A DNA stretch of 20,000 nucleotides from an uncultured virus (IMG/VR IMGVR_UViG_3300022861_000081) (taxonomy: Duplodnaviria; Heunggongvirae; Uroviricota; Caudoviricetes), in IMG/VR virus record IMGVR_UViG_3300022861_000081; one strand, given 5' to 3'. Positions within the stretch are counted from its first letter, which is position 1, and each line of letters starts with the position of its first letter. Under the pieces are notes generated by a model. That model did no database searches. It was given only the letters and a program-made list of their open reading frames with translations, and was not told where the DNA came from. A program made the translations under genes and the position numbers. Below, in pieces: positions 15,420 to 20,000 of this stretch.

Positions 15420-15931
15420 CGCGGCACCAGCAGTGGCTTCGGTATCCACTCTGTACCAAACATCTTTTTCAACTCGGCCAGTGCCGCCTTCCGTCGCCGG
15501 CCGCGCTCCCCATCGGAGGTAATGTCTGTGGCATAAAAAAATACGACATAAACCACCTGCGCCAAGGCCGTCGGAACATCCGTCCATTGATACGGTGGCG
15601 CAAAAAGAACAGCCACCAATATCACGCCAAAAACTCCCTGCAGAATAATCCGATTCACAGCCTCGAAGCGACTTCTTTGCGTGTATTTTCTGACGGCGGC
15701 AGGACGCTTGTGCAACATCCACATCAAGGTGCCAAGGGAAAGCGCACATATGATCTTGACCAGGACCAAGCTCAGCGTCCATTTCGCAGGGGGCAACGTC
15801 AAAACCAGATAGAGCGCGATCATGCCGCGCTCGGCGTATTTTTGGCTGATCGAAAGCCATTCGTCGAGCCACTTGAGCAGCCCTTCGACACGGTGGAAGA
15901 ACCAAGCGTCATAATCGATCAACCATTTCAT
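15416..15931 (-). CDS. Multi-pass membrane hypothetical protein
   Basis: About 4 hydrophobic segments; start ATG 15931 lies 7 nt after TATAAT and avoids the tRNA-Ala overlap. Confidence 0.65.
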   Translation of the reverse strand: MKWLIDYDAWFFHRVEGLLKWLDEWLSISQKYAERGMIALYLVLTLPPAKWTLSLVLVKIICALSLGTLMWMLHKRPAAVRKYTQRSRFEAVNRIILQGVFGVILVAVLFAPPYQWTDVPTALAQVVYVVFFYATDITSDGERGRRRKAALAELKKMFGTEWIPKPLLVPR

Positions 15932-15961
15932 GCGCGTAATTATACCGTAAGAAATATGGTC

Positions 15962-16038
15962 TGGTGGAGCTGGGGAGGATCGAACTCCCGACCTCCTGCT
16001 TGCAAAGCAGGCGCTCATCCCAACTGAGCTACAGCCCC
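15962..16038 (-). tRNA. tRNA-Ala(TGC)
   Basis: GGGGCTG.../CAGCTCC A CCA with G3:U70; CCTGC TTTGCAA GCAGG. Confidence 0.96.
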
Positions 16039-16241
16039 ACTTCTTCTGTCAGCGGATTGCGGCGTTCATCCTTCACCCGCTGCGTCTGAATATCGTAATA
16101 CTTTTCCATGCAACACACACTGCATCGATCTGTCAGGTTCCACTTGCGGAACCGGCCGACAAAGTTATTCGGCGATGGATAAAGCGATGCGCGCCACCGT
16201 GCAACCTTCTCCGTCCGATACCGTCGTTCTGCCCGATTCAT
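16029..16241 (-). CDS. Small hypothetical protein
   Basis: ATGA-coupled to the upstream ORF; CSVCC motif; stop lies inside tRNA-Ala. Confidence 0.5.
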   Translation of the reverse strand: MNRAERRYRTEKVARWRASLYPSPNNFVGRFRKWNLTDRCSVCCMEKYYDIQTQRVKDERRNPLTEEVGL

Positions 16242-16522
16242 CGCGTCTCCTGTGTCTTTTGCAAGAGTCCCAGTTCTTTGGTCCAGAAGACCTGGCCAGT
16301 ATTGCTGCTGTAGATCGTCTTCGGATCGATGCCGGCTTTGGTCACCAGCTCGTTGAAGTCTTTTTTGGACATCGTGACGACTTCTTCATACCCGCAGTGA
16401 TCTAGGCATTCATGGTTTTTCTGCAAGTCTTCCAGAGAAGGGTAAATTGTGTTTCCATCTGACGCTTCTCCCAACTCGCAGGAAAAATCGATCGCGCACA
16501 TCCAACCAGGTACGGCTCTCAT
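16238..16522 (-). CDS. Hypothetical protein
   Basis: AGGAG SD before ATG 16522; GWMCAIDFSCELGEA.DGN.IYPS.EDL...H.C...CG..EV is phage-like. Confidence 0.65.
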   Translation of the reverse strand: MRAVPGWMCAIDFSCELGEASDGNTIYPSLEDLQKNHECLDHCGYEEVVTMSKKDFNELVTKAGIDPKTIYSSNTGQVFWTKELGLLQKTQETR

Positions 16523-16537
16523 CGCGTCTCCTACATT

Positions 16538-16612
16538 TGGGGTGCAGGGCGGGGTTTGAACCCGCGTAGACCAGTGCCACAGACTGGCGCCTAACCACTC
16601 GGCCACCCGCAC
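16538..16612 (-). tRNA. tRNA-His(GTG)
   Basis: GTGCGGG/CCTGCAC, C73, CCA; CCAGT CTGTGGC ACTGG; position -1 is A, not G. Confidence 0.92.
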
Positions 16613-16627
16613 TCAAACTCTTGAACC

Positions 16628-16810
16628 TTACTTTTCCCAAGGATACATTTTGCTGGAATCGAATTTCAATGCTTCCAGCTCAACCAAAAAGTCTTCAGCA
16701 GATTGCCATCCGTTTTCACGGCGGATTCCGCGCATCTTTTTTCGAAGCTTTTCGTTTTGCTGGGCGATAAAATGGGTCAAATCCGCCTCGGTTACAATCT
16801 TCTCCGGCAT
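16628..16810 (-). CDS. Small hypothetical protein
   Basis: 60-aa ORF with GGGGG SD-like run, upstream of tRNA-His. Confidence 0.45.
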   Translation of the reverse strand: MPEKIVTEADLTHFIAQQNEKLRKKMRGIRRENGWQSAEDFLVELEALKFDSSKMYPWEK

Positions 16811-17093
16811 CAAAACCCCCAAAAGGTCCCCCGGCGTGTTTCATGAAAGAGGACTGAAGGGCCATGTCCAGTCGCTTCGTCAGAGGCTCTCCCCCTGCAC
16901 CATAGCACCGGGAACTTGTCGAGCGGCGGCGAGACCTCATCGATGGGGCTACTCCGTCTCGCTTGCAAACTGCCTGACCAAGGCTTCTCTGACCGGTACT
17001 GCACAGCTCCCGAAAGCGCCGTGCCTCTTGACGAGATACTTCCCGATCTCCCCTTGGAGGACCCCAAGCCGCTCGATCTTGTAAACTTCATAA

Positions 17094-17169
17094 TCGCGGG
17101 GGCAGGATTCGAACCTGCGATCTCTGGATTATGACCCCAGCGAACACAACCGGACTGTTCCGCCCCGCG
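17094..17169 (-). tRNA. tRNA-Met(CAT), initiator-like body, no encoded CCA
   Basis: CGCGGGG/CCCCGCG-A; CTGGG GTCATAA TCCAG; GCAGG TTCGAAT CCTGC; TGCTATAAT at 17175-17183 just upstream. Confidence 0.88.
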
Positions 17170-17187
17170 CGGAAATTATAGCACAGC

Positions 17188-17397
17188 CTAAAGATGACCT
17201 GACTCAAAAGATTCTTCGATCTGGCGCGCGGTCTTGCGCAAAATCTCGGGCATTTTTATCGCGAGTTCAAAAGGTGCTTGCACAGAAAACCCAGTTCCCT
17301 TTTCGCCATCAAAAATGGCTAGGAACACGCCTTCTGCTTTTGTCTCCTCGCGAACCTTCGTGCAGCTCGCATCATACTTTCCAAGTCCCAGCGACAT
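17188..17397 (-). CDS. Hypothetical protein
   Basis: GAGGAG SD before ATG 17397 (MSLGLGKYD.SCT.VRE.T.AEGV...G..G.GFSVQ); the longer ORF-track start falls inside the CRISPR array. Confidence 0.65.
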   Translation of the reverse strand: MSLGLGKYDASCTKVREETKAEGVFLAIFDGEKGTGFSVQAPFELAIKMPEILRKTARQIEESFESGHL

Positions 17398-17435
17398 CCA
17401 GTCTTCTCCTCGGTACTGATTGTTTCGTCCTCGGT

Positions 17436-17887
17436 GTTGCATTTCTTCAATGCACTTCAACTTCGGTGGAACAAACAAAAGAGAATGCTTATCAAGGTTG
17501 CATCTATGCGACGCACTTCAACTGCTTTGCTACGTATCGTATTTAAAAGAAAAATCCCCTTGTCCATAGTTGCATCTATCCGATGCACTTCAACTGCGAG
17601 CTACTTGGGTCCAGCGTAAAAAGCACTGACATTGTTCAGTTGCATTTGTTCAATGCACTTTGACTGCTTTGCCGTAAAACGAGGCAAATATTCAATGGCT
17701 GTATGGTTGCATCTGCTCGATGCACTTCAACTGCCTTGCTACTCCAAAAGCTGGCATTATGAATCTGAGTGTTCTGTTGCATCTGCTCGATGCACTTCAA
17801 CTGCCTTACAGCGAATAGTTTAACCGATTTAGCGCAATATTGCTATTCAAGTTGCATCTATTCAATGCACTTCGACTGTGATAATTT
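17436..17887 (-). CRISPR. CRISPR array 2: 7 degenerate repeats of the same family, 6 spacers
   Basis: Repeats GTTGCATYT....RATGCACTTYRACTGC.TTGCTAC start at 17436, 17497, 17569, 17639, 17706, 17776, 17851; period 61-75 nt. Confidence 0.92.
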
Positions 17888-17888
17888 T

Positions 17889-17976
17889 TGGCGGAAGCGG
17901 TAGGATTTGAACCCACGAAGCCTTTCGGCCTAGCGGTTTTCTGGACCGCCGGCATAAACCACTCGCCCACGCTTCC
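17889..17976 (-). tRNA. tRNA-Ser(AGA) with C33
   Basis: GGAAGCG/CGCTTCC G CCA; long variable arm AGGCC GAAA GGCTT; anticodon arm GCGGT CCAGAAA ACCGC. Confidence 0.88.
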
Positions 17977-18133
17977 GCACGGTTGTCAGATGCCAACCAT
18001 TGCCATAAAGGCACTTGTAAGACGCCATGAGCACCGGCATCCTCTGGGCTGCGTAATCCGCATCGTCGCGGTCTGCGTAGCTCAACTTGCCGCACAGCTT
18101 GCATTTCTTGGTTTCCACAATCCAGCAAGACAA
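17930..18133 (-). CDS. Small Cys/His phage protein
   Basis: CxxCGK.SY...A.........YKC....GWHLT pattern; 3' end overlaps tRNA-Ser(AGA). Confidence 0.5.
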   Translation of the reverse strand: MSCWIVETKKCKLCGKLSYADRDDADYAAQRMPVLMASYKCLYGNGWHLTTVRKRGRVVYAGGPENR

Positions 18134-18148
18134 TGCCGCCTCCCAACT

Positions 18149-18237
18149 TGGCGGAGAGAGTGGGTGCTGACCCCACGTGGCTCTTCCGAGACCATCGCAT
18201 TAGCAGTGCGACCCTTTTACCGTTCAGGCATCTCTCC
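18149..18237 (-). tRNA. tRNA-Ser(GCT), atypical T-loop
   Basis: GGAGAGA/TCTCTCC G CCA; TCGCA CTGCTAA TGCGA; long variable arm; T-loop GTCAGCA. Confidence 0.85.
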
Positions 18238-18435
18238 CGCTGTGATATCCCAGGCCAGATCCTCACCAAGAGCTTGCCAGGCTTTGATCTGCACAATCTG
18301 AATAGCTCCACGCCGTTTTATTTCATCACGTGCATCCCTGGAAGTTTTGAAGTCGCGCATGATCGCGATACCGCGGTGAACTAGGAAAAAGCGAAGCGGA
18401 ACCAGTCCATGTTCTGCATCCCAGTGCTGAATCAT
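18217..18435 (-). CDS. Small hypothetical protein
   Basis: GGGAG SD; stop lies inside tRNA-Ser(GCT). Confidence 0.4.
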   Translation of the reverse strand: MIQHWDAEHGLVPLRFFLVHRGIAIMRDFKTSRDARDEIKRRGAIQIVQIKAWQALGEDLAWDITAGEMPER

Positions 18436-18453
18436 TCTGTCTCCCGTTTACAA

Positions 18454-18480
18454 TGCCTTCAGCCACTCGGCCAACTCTCC
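18454..18480 (-). pseudogene. 5' fragment of a tRNA-Ser-like gene
   Basis: GGAGAGTTGGCCGAGTGGCTGAAGGCA is an acceptor 5' strand plus D-arm; no anticodon or T-arm follows. Confidence 0.6.
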
Positions 18481-18484
18481 ATTT

Positions 18485-18560
18485 TGGTGCGGGCGAAGGG
18501 ATTCGAACCCTTAAAAAACCAATCCTAAGTCGGCTGCGTCTGCCATTCCGCCACGCCCGC
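18485..18560 (-). tRNA. tRNA-Leu(TAG) with a short variable loop
   Basis: GCGGGCG/CGCCCGC A CCA; GCCGA CTTAGGA TTGGT; variable loop only TTTTT. Confidence 0.9.
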
Positions 18561-18567
18561 TTCCAAC

Positions 18568-18595
18568 AAAAACCCCCGCCAGCTTCGGCGAGGGT
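18568..18595 (-). terminator. Rho-independent terminator-like hairpin
   Basis: ACCCTCGCC-GAAGCT-GGCGGGGGT followed by a T run. Confidence 0.55.
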
Positions 18596-18688
18596 AAGGG
18601 CCCGATGATCGCGCTTTGCTCAGGCGCACCCTACCGATCGCTTAGCAGGGACGACGAACTGGGCGTTAACCGCGGCATGGAAGTCACG

Positions 18689-19063
18689 TTACTCTGGTTC
18701 CGGATAGCCGTCAAGGATAAAAATGCGGCGGCTATCGCCAGCAAGCGACTCTGTATCCTGCTGCCAAGCGCGCAACTGTTCTTCGCTCATCGCACGGATT
18801 TTTCGGTCGACATACTCTGCCATTTGGCCTTCATTGCTGTGCGGCAACGCCATCAAATCTGGGAGGGGTGCAAGGTATCGCGAAAACAGCATCAGCTGCT
18901 CCAGATTGATATGGCAGAATCCGTGTTCCATGTGGTCGAGCACGGTCACACTCACACCAATCTTCTTTGCGAGTTCTTCTGGCGGCATCTTCTTCGCTTT
19001 TCGTCGATTCGCGATATGCCTGCCTACCAACTCCGTGAAATGCCCTACGATCGGTTTTGCCAT
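18689..19063 (-). CDS. XRE-family HTH transcriptional regulator
   Basis: VGRHIANRRKAKKMPPEELAKKIGVSVTVLDHMEHG...INLEQL; AAGGAG SD. Confidence 0.8.
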   Translation of the reverse strand: MAKPIVGHFTELVGRHIANRRKAKKMPPEELAKKIGVSVTVLDHMEHGFCHINLEQLMLFSRYLAPLPDLMALPHSNEGQMAEYVDRKIRAMSEEQLRAWQQDTESLAGDSRRIFILDGYPEPE

Positions 19064-19078
19064 CGTTCTCCTTGGTAT

Positions 19079-19300
19079 TTACTCCTGCGCAGATGCAGGT
19101 AAAGGAATTTCGAGATTAGTAGCCAAGCGACTTTCAAGCCACAACTTTCTTGAAATTTTCAGCGAAGCCACAGCTTCTACTTCGGTTTCCCCATCAGCGA
19201 TGCAACCGCGCAGCTCGGGATTCTTCGCAATCCAAGCTTCGCCATCCCACTCCAGTTCGATGCGGTAGTGCATTTTCAGGTACTGCTCAAGATCTGGCAC
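19079..19300 (-). CDS. hicB: HicB-like antitoxin domain protein (short form)
   Basis: YRIEL.....WIA..PELRGCIADGET..EAV..L......WLE.......IPLP; probable GTG start at 19300 with AGGAG SD. Confidence 0.85.
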   Translation of the reverse strand: MPDLEQYLKMHYRIELEWDGEAWIAKNPELRGCIADGETEVEAVASLKISRKLWLESRLATNLEIPLPASAQE

Positions 19301-19358
19301 GTGACTCCTTTTTTTATTTTTAATTGCGTGCGTTGCGTTCAAATGCGATTATCCTAAC

Positions 19359-20000
19359 ATGGATTTTCAATGGTTGCGCGCCGATTTGAAGTTGCCCAGT
19401 CTACTGGATGACAACAACCTTCTCAATCTGCTGGATGCCAAAGCCTACGATGCCATTTCTCCCGACGCTTTGCGCCTCTGGTGCAATCGCTATGCCCGCT
19501 ACGGCCTTCCCACCATCGAGCTGATTGAGTGGCTGCGGAAGCGGATTGCCGACCGCGATGCAATCGAGATTGGCTCGGGCACCGGTGACTTGGCGCATCA
19601 CCTTGGCATTCCCGCCACAGACAACCGGATGCAGGAGTGGCCAGAGATCAAGTTCAATTACGAAATGATGGGCCAACCGGTTATCAAGTATCCGGATTTT
19701 GTCCAGAAACTAGATGCCCTCGATGCAGTAAAGCAGTACAAGCCGGATATTGTCATTGCCTCCTGGGTCACACACTGGATCGATCCAAACCTGCCGCCGC
19801 CACCAGAAGGCGGCAATGCCTGGGGCATCAAGGAAGACGAGATCCTGGCCACCGGCTGCACCTATATTTTGATCGGCAACGAACGAGTGCATGGCATCAA
19901 AAAGATCATGGCCCAGCCGCACGAGGAGTTTGAACTTCCCTTCCTGCGCAGCCGAGCCATTCACCCAGAACTCAACCGGGTATGGATCTGGAACGAATAA
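19359..20000 (+). CDS. SAM-dependent methyltransferase-like protein
   Basis: IEIGSGTGDLA SAM-binding motif I; LDALDAV..Y.PDIVIASW; YILIG. Confidence 0.65.
   Translation: MDFQWLRADLKLPSLLDDNNLLNLLDAKAYDAISPDALRLWCNRYARYGLPTIELIEWLRKRIADRDAIEIGSGTGDLAHHLGIPATDNRMQEWPEIKFNYEMMGQPVIKYPDFVQKLDALDAVKQYKPDIVIASWVTHWIDPNLPPPPEGGNAWGIKEDEILATGCTYILIGNERVHGIKKIMAQPHEEFELPFLRSRAIHPELNRVWIWNE

Noticed and set aside
18596..18688. Twister-like words (TAAC...TCCC...AAG...GGG) upstream of tRNA-Leu
   Set aside because: Could not build the required pseudoknots and stems by eye; needs an Infernal search.

Overview
This window looks like part of a large phage, prophage or other mobile element. The flagellin style suggests an Acidobacteriota host (inference). 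Most genes run on the minus strand. From left to right: (i) a Bet/RecT recombinase, a Cas4-like PD-(D/E)XK nuclease and an HNH endonuclease; (ii) a 19-repeat CRISPR array (3466-4747) directly downstream of a 770-aa Cas12m/V-U1-like effector that has an extra N-terminal domain, an acidic tail and an apparently intact D-E-D RuvC triad, with no cas1/cas2 in the window; (iii) a circularly permuted tRNA-mimic RNA behind a conserved phage protein; (iv) a PemIK/MazEF module, a GNAT-like protein and a sigma-region-4 protein; (v) a sigma28-driven flagellin plus GT25 glycosyltransferase cassette on the + strand; (vi) a dispersed set of 8 tRNA genes, several atypical, a 148-nt tRNA-like RNA, and a second 7-repeat array of the same repeat family that starts right after a tRNA-Ser(AGA) CCA end; (vii) an XRE regulator, an orphan HicB and a methyltransferase-like gene. 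The most exciting candidate system is a mobile-element Cas12m-like CRISPR effector with two structurally conserved but sequence-drifting arrays, found together with its own flagellin cassette. This may be RNA-guided host reprogramming such as flagellin replacement. All family calls come from motif recognition by eye; no searches were run.
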